A stretch of DNA of 64,000 nt from a virus (Duplodnaviria > Caudoviricetes). The stretch spans positions 1 through 64,000 of IMG/VR virus record IMGVR_UViG_3300036984_000039. One strand, given 5' to 3'. Both the position numbers and the translations under genes were made by a program. How positions within the stretch are numbered: position 1 is the first letter of the stretch; each line of letters starts with the position of its first letter. Below are positions 45,424 to 54,264 of this stretch, in pieces. The notes beneath the pieces are model-generated. The model was not told the origin of the DNA. It did no database searches and saw only the letters and a program-made list of their open reading frames with translations.

Positions 45424-45621
45424 CTAAAGTCCGGCGGCTTCTTGGCGCACGCCCGCCCCAACTTCAGGCCACGTTATGCGCCAGGCGCGCTGTCCGCGCG
45501 CCAGCAGATTCAATGCGGCGTTCTCGTCCCGATCCATACTCAGGCCGCATTCACAACGCACCCAACGCTCTGCCAACGTTAGATGCGCAAAGATGGCCCC
45601 ACACTGCGAGGCGTAACTCAT
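45424..45621 (-). pseudogene. tnpB: tnpB C-terminal fragment (Zn ribbon and RuvC-III)
   Basis: SQCG...LTLAERWVRCECGLSMDRDENAALN. Confidence 0.85.
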
Positions 45622-46139
45622 GTTCTTCTGCTTACCAATTGGCACATCTTGATGAATTCTATTTCAGACAGGTTGCCCTTCATATTGTTTATTCGCCAAG
45701 AAACTAAAACAACATTTCCTTTTACGTATCCACACCCGGAATCTTTCCTGTCCAGGCTAACACCAGAATCTCCAGTTTCAAAAGTTAGAGGTTCCCCGGT
45801 GTAATAGCACAAGTAACTCTGCAAATCTAGTTGCGTGAGGAGATAATCTATATCAATGTCAAATATCCATCCTTCTGACTTAGAACGAGTTTTTGCAGAA
45901 TTGAGTAGGCGTAATAGGCGACCACGAAATCCACTACGGTACGCGGCATTTGATGCAGCAACGTCACAAGTTTTGCACCGACTAGACGGATTGGTAACAA
46001 GACTGCCTGGTTGCTTATGAACCTGATAGAACTGGTCAATGGGAAGGTTTTTCCCGCAACTAATACAGACCTTGTTTGTTCTATGGCGGGTTGCTTTGTG
46101 TCCTAGTTCTTGGCAAACTGAACAACGTTGCATTGACAT
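45618..46139 (-). CDS. HNH-like endonuclease with N-terminal Zn fingers (low GC)
   Basis: CYYTG...SLDRKDS..GYVKGNV.LV...IN.MK. Confidence 0.8.
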   Translation of the reverse strand: MSMQRCSVCQELGHKATRHRTNKVCISCGKNLPIDQFYQVHKQPGSLVTNPSSRCKTCDVAASNAAYRSGFRGRLLRLLNSAKTRSKSEGWIFDIDIDYLLTQLDLQSYLCYYTGEPLTFETGDSGVSLDRKDSGCGYVKGNVVLVSWRINNMKGNLSEIEFIKMCQLVSRRT

Positions 46140-46140
46140 G

Positions 46141-46278
46141 CTATTGCTCCGTCTCCCACGCATCCTTGCGCTCAGCCAGGCAGACGTTGTACCAGCGCCG
46201 GCACGTCTCCAGCGTCTGGTTCAACAACCGTTCCTGACTCTTGCTCGGATAGAGACGGTAGCGAAAAGTGGCAAGCAT
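46141..46278 (-). pseudogene. tnpB: tnpB N-terminal HTH fragment
   Basis: MLATFRYRLYPSKSQERLLNQTLETCRRWYN. Confidence 0.85.
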
Positions 46279-46652
46279 TACAGGCCCTTCTGCGCGTCGA
46301 TGTACTTCTGGTCGGGTTGCATCGTGAGCCACCACCGAGGATTTGGCTTGTCTCGATTGCCTTTCGAGCCATTGCACGCAGCGCACAATGGTTGCAGGTT
46401 GCCATCTGTGTTCGTACCACCAACAGTCAACGGGGCGATGTGATCTATGCAGATGTACTCGCATGATCCACAATGGGCACATTTACCATCATGGGCCGCC
46501 AAAACGTCCAACCATCCCTGCAAGGTGATAACCTCATTGGGGCGTCCCATGTTACGAGCCCGCGCGTTTTGACTTCCGACGCGCATCGACCACATACGAC
46601 GCACTTCCCAATCTGACATACCGTCAGTCGTTCTGATGAGAAAGCTGCGCAT
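46278..46652 (-). CDS. HNH endonuclease fused to a TnpA C-terminal remnant
   Basis: CAHC...DHIAPL..GGTN...NLQPLCAACNGSK, ending QKYIDAQKGL. Confidence 0.8.
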   Translation of the reverse strand: MRSFLIRTTDGMSDWEVRRMWSMRVGSQNARARNMGRPNEVITLQGWLDVLAAHDGKCAHCGSCEYICIDHIAPLTVGGTNTDGNLQPLCAACNGSKGNRDKPNPRWWLTMQPDQKYIDAQKGL

Positions 46653-46800
46653 TCTCCGTCTCCGTTTCCAGCCTTTCCCATTCATCTCGCGCCAGTCGTT
46701 CGATGACTGCCACCATCGACGTGTCGGTGGCGGCAGCAATGCGGCGCAGCAAACGTCTTGTCTTGAGCCAAACCTTGATTGTCGTAAATTCTTCGCTCAT
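46624..46800 (-). CDS. Ribbon-helix-helix protein, leaderless (promoter 46808-46836)
   Basis: FTTIKVWLKTRRLLRRIAAAT..SMVAVIERL. Confidence 0.75.
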   Translation of the reverse strand: MSEEFTTIKVWLKTRRLLRRIAAATDTSMVAVIERLARDEWERLETETENAQLSHQND

Positions 46801-46884
46801 GGTTGTAATTCTACAACGATAACAACAGGTTGTCAAGTTACGAGCGAGGCTGCAAGCACCGAGAAACCCGCCTATCCGCTCGGC

Positions 46885-47532
46885 CTAAAGGCCGGTGGCT
46901 TGCGGCGGGTTACGTCCCGTCAGTTTGATTTCCGGTTCTTTGCGCCCACAGGATAGACAAGTGTAATCGTATTCGGCCTTCAATGACTCCCATTGCGCAA
47001 TCGAGTAGTGCTCTCCTGCCTGTTCAATGCGAAGTCTGCGCTTATGCGTTTCGCGATTTCGTATCATTTTGCCGCGTTCTGGATTTTTCTTGTACCAGTT
47101 ACGGACGCTGGTGAGATTGCGTTCTGGATGGGCTGCCCTCCAACGTCTATTGCGCTCATTTGCCTCATCGCGGTGAGCACGCGCATATTCTTTCTTGTAA
47201 GCCCGAATATCATCTCGGTGAGCAGAATGCCACGCCTTAATCTTCTCGTCTTGTTCTGCCCGGTGAGCCAAGCGCCATACCTTGCGAGCCGCGACGCTTC
47301 TTTCCGTATTGGCTTGATGCCAAGCCTTGCTCTGAGCACAAATCTGTTCGCTATGCTTGGCATAGTAGGCTTTCCTTCTGGCCTTGATTTTATCAGGATG
47401 TGCTTTTCTGTAGGCTGCATCCGCAATGGCGACACACGCCTTACAACGATATTCAAGTCCATCCTTGCTACGTGACCGTTTTCTGAATTCAGATTCTAGT
47501 TTTTCGGAATGGCAAACGGAGCAGGTTTTCAT
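46885..47532 (-). pseudogene. HNH endonuclease truncated by the IS left end
   Basis: CSVC..CKAC, basic helices, then CLSCG..EIKLT stops just before the expected DH motif. Confidence 0.75.
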
Positions 47533-47678
47533 ACGACTTCCTCCCGTTTGGCCTTCTCTCGGATAGCGATCTCAATAATGGCCGCCATCGATACACCGGT
47601 CTTTTGCGCCAGCAATTTGAGCAGCCGCTTGGCCTCTGGCGTGAGGCGCAAGCTTGTGGACTTGGCTTCTTTTACCAT
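47529..47678 (-). CDS. Ribbon-helix-helix protein (49 aa), leaderless (promoter TTGACG-17-TACAAT at 47685-47713)
   Basis: Not in the ORF track. KSTSLRLTPEAKRLLKLLAQKTGVSMAAIIEIAIRE. Confidence 0.8.
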   Translation of the reverse strand: MVKEAKSTSLRLTPEAKRLLKLLAQKTGVSMAAIIEIAIREKAKREEVV

Positions 47679-47717
47679 AACGCTATTGTAACGCATATTG
47701 CGCTATGCGTCAATTCC

Positions 47718-49574
47718 CTATTCTTGCAGTTTGCGCCCACGACGCGCTTCCATCTCCGCGACCGCAGAGCGAACCCAGTAGAATTTGATGCCGCCTTTTT
47801 GACCCGTTACCCCATCCTCGCGCTTGTAGAGTTCCGCTTCGGTGGCGCTGAGCGAACCGCGGTTTTTCTTCCATGTGCGCCAGATCGTGAGTTTATCGAC
47901 TTCGGCACTGGGCGGTACGTCCTGCGGTACGGAGGGCGGTATACCGGCGCGGGGGGTGCCATTTCCGGGTAAAACCGGGGTCTCGGAGCGGTATACCGCC
48001 TCTTGTACCGCCTCCTGTACCGCCTCGCGCACCGGTTGCACGGTGTAGGGCGTACCTGCGAACGAGGCAATGGCAAGCCGTAGCCGATCTTCGATGTCGG
48101 GCACATCGTCAGGAAGGTACTGCACGGCGCGCTTGGCTTCGGTCGCGCTGTAGCCAAGCGAGGTCAGGCCGTCGATTACCACGGCGTCGGCCTCGATCAG
48201 CGCAGCGGGTTTCTCGTGGCCATTGCCAGAAGCCATACTCAGGCCCAGGCGTTGTTCGGCGGCGAGCAGCCCCGCGGGTGTGCGTCGCGGCAACGAGAAC
48301 ATGAATTTGTCGAAGCGACCATCACTCAGGCCGGAGTAATACGCCTGCGCCGGATACAGCGCATCGCGCCGAATCAGGCAGCGCCCGCGGATGTCCGGCA
48401 GGGACGCCGCGCCGCCATCGTCCAGAATCAGGCGGGATTCGATGGGCGTGGCCGTCTTGAACGCGATGCGCGTATCCGCAATGCCGGTGATCTGCTTCGG
48501 CAACACGTCCGCGGACGGGCGCTGCGTTGCCAGAATCTCAATGATGCCCGCCGCGCCGCCGAGCGATCCGAGGCGTTGTATCAATTTGATGAATTGCTCG
48601 CGCTTGGCGGTATCGCGGTGCGTCGTCAGTTCGGCCACCTCGTCTACAATGATAATCAGGTACGGACAATGCGCGCCGCGGCCTCGATTCCACTGATTCA
48701 GGTTCTTGACGCCCGCACCGCTGAAAGCCGTCATGCGCGCATCCATCTCGGTTTCTGCATCAGTCAACATTTGCATGGTCTCGTCCGGGCTGTAGGCGAC
48801 CGGGCCGCGCAGCAGCGCCAGGTCGGGCGGCAGCAGCGCGAAGTCCATCCGTTTCAGGTCACTCAGCGCCACCTGCGCAATGCGCCCGGTCGGGTCTTGT
48901 TGCGCCAGGGCCGCGATGATGGAGGCGATCAAGGTCGTCTTGCCGCGCCGCGGCGAGCCACCGATCAGCACGTGCCCGGCATCGCCAAGCTCCAGTGTGA
49001 TCGGCCCGTTTTCACCCATGCCCAGGAGCAGGGACGGCGTAGCCAGCCGCGGCGCGTTGAACACGTCGATACGTTCCGGGAGCGATGCGCCCGGCTCAAT
49101 CATCAGCGGCGCGTCGTATTCCGGCAATGCGGGCGGTTTGACGGCGGCGGCTGGGAGACGTGTTACGACGCCATGCACCAGGGCGTGATTGCGCATGGCC
49201 TGGGCGTCCAGGTGTGAGGCGTCCAGCACATGTCCTCCAGCGACGGCGGGCAGGGAACCATCTTTCGGGTAGACGTTCCAGATGCCCACCAGAAGCCAGT
49301 GTAGGCCCCAGGCGACGAATTTGAGCGCCACGCCGATGCAGAAGCCAAGGCCCGCCACGCCGAGGCCCACGGCGACCGCGCCGGCTGCGACCAGGGCGAC
49401 CTGCTTGACGGTGAGCCAGAACGGGGCAAGCTCGCGTTGCTGCGCCATGCCGAGCGCGGCCGCTTGCTGGCGTGCGATGACGGCGCTCGGATCGGACCAG
49501 GCGAGGCCGAGCGTGGCGAGTAGGAATAGCAAAACCGCGCCCGTTAGGAGCACGGCAAAAGCACGTCCAGACAT
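47718..49574 (-). CDS. Membrane-anchored FtsK/SpoIIIE ATPase with a RuvA C-terminal-like domain
   Basis: TM segments, HVLIGGSPRRGKT, DLK, IIVDE, LATQRP; then GLTSLGYSATEAKRAV..IEDRLRLAI. Confidence 0.85.
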   Translation of the reverse strand: MSGRAFAVLLTGAVLLFLLATLGLAWSDPSAVIARQQAAALGMAQQRELAPFWLTVKQVALVAAGAVAVGLGVAGLGFCIGVALKFVAWGLHWLLVGIWNVYPKDGSLPAVAGGHVLDASHLDAQAMRNHALVHGVVTRLPAAAVKPPALPEYDAPLMIEPGASLPERIDVFNAPRLATPSLLLGMGENGPITLELGDAGHVLIGGSPRRGKTTLIASIIAALAQQDPTGRIAQVALSDLKRMDFALLPPDLALLRGPVAYSPDETMQMLTDAETEMDARMTAFSGAGVKNLNQWNRGRGAHCPYLIIIVDEVAELTTHRDTAKREQFIKLIQRLGSLGGAAGIIEILATQRPSADVLPKQITGIADTRIAFKTATPIESRLILDDGGAASLPDIRGRCLIRRDALYPAQAYYSGLSDGRFDKFMFSLPRRTPAGLLAAEQRLGLSMASGNGHEKPAALIEADAVVIDGLTSLGYSATEAKRAVQYLPDDVPDIEDRLRLAIASFAGTPYTVQPVREAVQEAVQEAVYRSETPVLPGNGTPRAGIPPSVPQDVPPSAEVDKLTIWRTWKKNRGSLSATEAELYKREDGVTGQKGGIKFYWVRSAVAEMEARRGRKLQE

Positions 49575-49615
49575 CAGTTTCCTGCGCCGTCAGGCGGCGT
49601 CATGGCTGACCTCAG

Positions 49616-49960
49616 CTATGGGGCATCGTTGAATAGTGCTTCCAAATCGAGCAGGCGGTTGACTACCTCGTCAAATGACAAGTCGTGGGCAAGCGCCTTG
49701 CTCGCGGCCAGTCGTGCATGGGTCGCCGGTTGCAAATGTACGGATACGCGTGCATCCCGCTCGGTCGGCAGGGCCAGGGCCTCGCGCAAGCGTGCCTCCG
49801 CTTTTACGGATACGTGATCGGCTTTGTTGCGCATCACGTCTGACAGTAGTCCCGCGGCGGACGGCTTGAGCTTCAGCCGCTCGGCCATCTGTACCAGCGT
49901 CAGGTGCGGCGTCTCGGAGCACTGCAAGGCCATGACCGCGGCCCGCGTCGAGCGTTTCAT
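49616..49960 (-). CDS. HTH/RHH DNA-binding protein
   Basis: LTLVQMAERL; SVHL...HARL...SFDEVVNRLL. Confidence 0.6.
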   Translation of the reverse strand: MKRSTRAAVMALQCSETPHLTLVQMAERLKLKPSAAGLLSDVMRNKADHVSVKAEARLREALALPTERDARVSVHLQPATHARLAASKALAHDLSFDEVVNRLLDLEALFNDAP

Positions 49961-49961
49961 G

Positions 49962-50543
49962 TTACGCGTTCATCCGCACGAAAAAGGCTGGTGCAAGGTG
50001 CTGGTGCTCAAACTTGTCGGCGCGCCTCTTGCCGTGCGCCCAGGAGTTCGACGGAACGTCCTCGGCTTTGACATAACACACGCGCGGATCCGCGCGGGAC
50101 ACGAAGTCCGGGCCGCAGTATGGGCCGCCGTGCTCCTGCATCCAGGGGCAATCCAGATTACAGCAGCACATATCACCTTCATGCCCGACGACAGTCGGCA
50201 GACCACCACGAATCACCCACGGCGCACCACAGCGCGGACAGACCGCGCCGACTACGCCATCGGCGGAGGGCACGTCGATCTGGCCGAGCGCCTTGAGCGC
50301 GATGCCGATGCCACGGGCCAGGTTCTCGCGCCGGGCGTAGCGCCCCGACTTCGGCAGCCGAAACAGCGGGATCGCCTTGCGCGGCACGAACAGCACGCGC
50401 CCGCCGCTCATCTTGATGCCGGGAAGAAAGCCGTTGGTGATCCACGCGCCCAACGTCGGGCGCTTGACTTGCTTGCCAAGATGCGCCGACAGCAGGGTGA
50501 TTGCCGTCTCCGTATCCACAAAATCTACTGGATTGATTTGCAT
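49962..50543 (-). CDS. HTH protein with a C-terminal Cys-rich domain
   Basis: TLGAWITNGFLPGIK...; CPRC, CCCNLDC. Confidence 0.6.
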   Translation of the reverse strand: MQINPVDFVDTETAITLLSAHLGKQVKRPTLGAWITNGFLPGIKMSGGRVLFVPRKAIPLFRLPKSGRYARRENLARGIGIALKALGQIDVPSADGVVGAVCPRCGAPWVIRGGLPTVVGHEGDMCCCNLDCPWMQEHGGPYCGPDFVSRADPRVCYVKAEDVPSNSWAHGKRRADKFEHQHLAPAFFVRMNA

Positions 50544-50558
50544 TTACCCTCCTAAAAA

Positions 50559-50619
50559 TATATCGCAAAGTGAACGATCCACTTTGCGATATAGTATCAC
50601 GTTATCACAGGCGTGTCAA
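50559..50619 (-). promoter_or_regulatory. Promoter TTGACA-17-TACTAT with a 14-bp inverted repeat over the start site
   Basis: TATATCGCAAAGTG at 50559-50572 / CACTTTGCGATATA at 50580-50593. Confidence 0.75.
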
Positions 50620-50635
50620 TAGCGAGTTTGCAACA

Positions 50636-51507
50636 TTATTTTTCTTTCGTCAGCACCCCACCACGCGCGGCCTCGTTGCGCGACCACCATTCATAGTGGC
50701 AAAATTTGCAGCGCACCAGGACGGCTTTTTCTGTGCGACGCACCTCGCGCAGATCAAAGCCGAGGCGGTATTTGCGATTGCACCTACAACGCGGGCAGCG
50801 GGGTACGGGATACTGCGTGTACAGGCTCATGTCATTCTCCCGCCGAGTGCCGCGGGTCATCAGACCAATGGCGGTCGGGTTGCGAAGGTTCCTGCAATTT
50901 CCATAGCCGCGCGACTTCCGCCAACAGCGCGGGTACGTCCTCGCGGGCACGGGCCATGAATTCGCCATCATTGACTGCCTGTGCGAAATCTGCCAGATCA
51001 GTGCCGTAAACCTGCTTGCCCCAATCCGGCCCGTTGATCCATGCAAAACGTGGTTGATGAGCGCCGTTATTCCCTTCCTTCCACGGTGCAGGCGTGGCAG
51101 CCGCAGCGCGGGCGGCGATATCGTCAAATTCCTGTTGCGTCATTGGTTTGTTCATTATCATTCCTCTCTTAGTCTACCGGCTGCCCGCTCAGGACGCAGC
51201 AGTCGCCTTCCGCCTTCTCAATAGCGTCCTCAACCACTGAGCGCCAGTCGCCCGATCCAGGATCAAGCGCGAATTTCAGCGCCGCCAGCATATCCGGCAC
51301 GGCCTCCGGGTTGATGCCCTCGCAGGCATTCGCCACAGCCACGATGCGCGCCGCCGTGGCCCGTTGGCGGCCTTTGGCATCGCCACGCTGAGAAGTCGCT
51401 TGAATGATAATCTCATGCGGCCCGTTCGGGTTGCCACGGGCGATGGTCGATGTTCCTGGAATGAGGAACCACGGCGTAGGCCAGGGTTCATGCGATGCGT
51501 TGCTCAC
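50636..51507 (-). other. Three small ORFs (50636-50830 Zn finger, 50832-51161 Ead/Ea22-like, 51169-51507)
   Basis: AAAATPAPW...EFMARAREDVPALLAEV; RIVAVANACEG. Confidence 0.6.
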
Positions 51508-51989
51508 GGTATGTCTCCTAGCGGAAAATTCAGTCTAGCATACTCACCGAATCGTTCCTTTGCGGCTGCGTCATAGACTCTCGCGGCTTGTACTTCGTCG
51601 TCGAATACACCTAAGTATTTATGCTCTATCCATGCCGTCCATTTGCGTCTTTGACGGTGCCGCGTGACGCCCTTGAAGCGCGACGATCTGTTGTTGCTCT
51701 GACGCCCCTTGTTGCGTAGATTCTGCTGGCGCGTACAGACGCGCAAGTTACCACGTTGGTTATTTAATCCGTCACGGTCAACGTGATCCACCTCCGGGTA
51801 ATTGCCATTCTCCCCGCGCGGATTGCGAACTTCTGGTAACCCCATAATCTGGCGATGCATGTAGATACCATTCCCACGCGCTGCATATCTATCGCCTGCA
51901 GCGCAATGCCATCTCCATTGGCACAGCCAGTCATAATCTGCGTCATCTACCAAGGCAGTTTTGCCTTTTGTCAGCGGGATTTCCTTCAT
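51504..51989 (-). CDS. HNH-AP2 homing endonuclease
   Basis: MHRQIMG, VDHVDRDGLNNQRGNLR, SRFKGV, AARVYDAAA..FGEYARLNF. Confidence 0.92.
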   Translation of the reverse strand: MKEIPLTKGKTALVDDADYDWLCQWRWHCAAGDRYAARGNGIYMHRQIMGLPEVRNPRGENGNYPEVDHVDRDGLNNQRGNLRVCTRQQNLRNKGRQSNNRSSRFKGVTRHRQRRKWTAWIEHKYLGVFDDEVQAARVYDAAAKERFGEYARLNFPLGDIP

Positions 51990-51992
51990 GGT

Positions 51993-53540
51993 TTACTCCA
52001 CGATCCCGCGAAAGCGCGGATGCCACAACTTGTTGAATTCCGTTATGCCTTGACTACAAACTTCAATCAAGTACGGTTTACCTTCGGCGTTGGCTTTTGC
52101 AAGCCCATCCAAGAGGTCTCGCTGTTCTGATTGAGTAAACCCGGTTCCTACACTGCCGAGACCCGCACCAGTGACAGGATCAGCAATCTGGATTGCCGCG
52201 AATAAACGCACAAGTTTGGTTGCTCCGGTATCTGAAAACCCCGTTACGCGTACCGTAACAACTAAGAGATGTTTCGTGCGGACGATAGGTTCCATGTGAC
52301 CGGCTCGCCCATTGGCGAGCTTGCCGCCTGTGTACGGAGCGTCCAGAAGCCGCCAAACTTCGCCTTCGCGACCCTCGGTGTGCTGCGCCTCAGCCAAGGT
52401 GTATTTCTCAGGCGCGCTATAGGCCGGCTCCAAGAACTCGAAGTATGCCGCGCCACCGTAATCGGCCAGCTTGAGCACGACCATGCGCCCATACTCAAAA
52501 CGCTTTGCCATGCGGCCTTCGGTCAAATCGCGACCGCCGTAGTACAACGCCTCGAAGATCGCGATCTTGGGCGGTGTCAGCGCGGTGGGTTGACCGAGCG
52601 TCGCGTTGGCCTGCGCGGCCTGGGCACCGGTGCGATGTTCGCCACCCGCCACGTCCGGCCACCATAACTCAGCGTCCAGGATGAACGGGCCACAGCTTAC
52701 GGCCGTAGCGGTCAGCAGCCGCGTAACGGCGGGCGACGGTTCGGCCCATAGCGCCAGAGAGCGGCTTTGATAGGCTACGGCTCGCGACGTAGCGAAGATC
52801 ACCATTCTCTTGCCGTCCCGCTTAGGCTGCCCACAGTAGGCCGGATTGCCTATGTACCACGCCCGGTTATGGGCGGCGTCCACCGGCTGCATGGTCACCA
52901 ACGTGCCCGGCCGCAGGTGCGCCGGGAAGTCCGTCCAGTCCTGGGTGCTCGCCACTTGGCCCGGCAGATCACGCACGGTCAGTTTCGGCGCGGTGACCGT
53001 AGCGGGCACTACGGGCGCGCCCTCAGCTTTTGGGTAGCACGCCTCATGTGCATAAGTGAACTTGCCGTCGACCTTACCGTAGACGATTACGGTATCGGTA
53101 TCGAAGTCTTCTGGTCTAAATTCACCCTGGCACACCTGACATACTTGACCACTCAGCATCATTGTTCCGACAAGCGCCGTGTACGGGGATTCATCCGTCT
53201 GTGGGCCAGGCGTCTCAGCCGCCGCGCGGTCGGCGTTTGGAATCACGTTCTCGCCAGTCTGCATGATATAGGCCGTCTCCCAAAAGTAGTCGGCCATCTC
53301 TGCCGCACCTTGCCCGGTGTCGAAAACGTGAAACTCGCACGTGCGCGCCAGGGCGATCAACTTGGCAACGCCGATGCCCTTGCCGTAGCGACTCAGGTAG
53401 GCTGCGCCACCGCAGCGTCCCTGCCGCACAAGACCCTGGGCCACGATGCGCGATTGCCAGCGTTCGGCAATGTCGCTCGGCACCTTGAACGGTTGGCCGC
53501 TACCCTGCGCGGCCTTGAATTCCGAGAATGTTTGAGACAT
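51993..53540 (-). CDS. ATP-dependent DNA ligase with an N-terminal extension
   Basis: PKRDGKR (KxDG), LDAEL, IFEAL, EGEVWR, GSVGTGFT, HPRFRG. Confidence 0.85.
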   Translation of the reverse strand: MSQTFSEFKAAQGSGQPFKVPSDIAERWQSRIVAQGLVRQGRCGGAAYLSRYGKGIGVAKLIALARTCEFHVFDTGQGAAEMADYFWETAYIMQTGENVIPNADRAAAETPGPQTDESPYTALVGTMMLSGQVCQVCQGEFRPEDFDTDTVIVYGKVDGKFTYAHEACYPKAEGAPVVPATVTAPKLTVRDLPGQVASTQDWTDFPAHLRPGTLVTMQPVDAAHNRAWYIGNPAYCGQPKRDGKRMVIFATSRAVAYQSRSLALWAEPSPAVTRLLTATAVSCGPFILDAELWWPDVAGGEHRTGAQAAQANATLGQPTALTPPKIAIFEALYYGGRDLTEGRMAKRFEYGRMVVLKLADYGGAAYFEFLEPAYSAPEKYTLAEAQHTEGREGEVWRLLDAPYTGGKLANGRAGHMEPIVRTKHLLVVTVRVTGFSDTGATKLVRLFAAIQIADPVTGAGLGSVGTGFTQSEQRDLLDGLAKANAEGKPYLIEVCSQGITEFNKLWHPRFRGIVE

Positions 53541-53554
53541 GGAATTGTCCTCCC

Positions 53555-54043
53555 TTAGCGGTAGATCACCGCCGATGGCGCGGTGTACTGCGGCGTGCCG
53601 ACCAGTCCGTAGACTTGCGCCCAACGGGTAACACCGTGCCAGTCCGACATCTTGACGGTATCGACCACGGCATCGGCCAGGGCGTCCAGCCGTTTTTCGA
53701 GCAGCCGACGCTCGTCACTATAGCGTCCCGGCAAGTCACAGAAGGCCATGACCGGCATACACTGGTGTTGCGCGATGGGCGAGATCATGAAGGCCACGAA
53801 TCGCCAAACGTAAGCCGTCATACCCGCCTGTCGCCCGGCGTCATCGGCATAGTCGTAGTCGCCGTCACCGGGGAAGCGCGCCACGGCGGGATCAGCCTTG
53901 TAGAACTTCTTGCGCGACAGCGTCGGCTTGGATGCGCGCAAGCAGCCGGTACGGGTGTTGACAATCCCGGCGACCAGGACGTAGTCTTCGGCGCTCAGAT
54001 GAGCCTGCAACTTCTCCAGATCGATCTTCGGCATGTCAGGCAT
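53555..54043 (-). CDS. Hypothetical protein
   Basis: AAGGAG RBS; GCLRASKP...AYVWRFVAFMISP. Confidence 0.65.
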   Translation of the reverse strand: MPDMPKIDLEKLQAHLSAEDYVLVAGIVNTRTGCLRASKPTLSRKKFYKADPAVARFPGDGDYDYADDAGRQAGMTAYVWRFVAFMISPIAQHQCMPVMAFCDLPGRYSDERRLLEKRLDALADAVVDTVKMSDWHGVTRWAQVYGLVGTPQYTAPSAVIYR

Positions 54044-54220
54044 TAGATGTCTCCTTTTTAACGTCTGCGCTTTTGGTAACATCTTCGCTCAAAGCAGCGA
54101 GACGTTTCGCCTCAGCGGCACGCATCGCACGGGCGACGTGCGCTTTGCGTAATCGTTTTGACATCGGAACTAATTTCTTGGACATCGGGAACCTCCTGGG
54201 TGATCTCTACCTACACGCCA

Positions 54221-54249
54221 ATCATAGCACAAGTCCGCCTGTTTGTCAA
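54221..54249 (-). promoter_or_regulatory. Sigma70 promoter TTGACA-17-TATGAT
   Basis: Repeated promoter family. Confidence 0.85.
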
Positions 54250-54264
54250 GTGGGCAATATGATA

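Larger units (their letters stand above)
45407..46918 (-). mobile_element. IS605-type element shell carrying RHH, two HNH genes and a split tnpB
   Basis: Left-end hairpin CCCGCCGCAAGCCACCGGCCTTTAGGCCG..GGCGGG preceded by CTGAC. Right end AGAAGCCGCCGGACTTTAGTCCGTGCGGAGTGTCAC. Confidence 0.8.
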
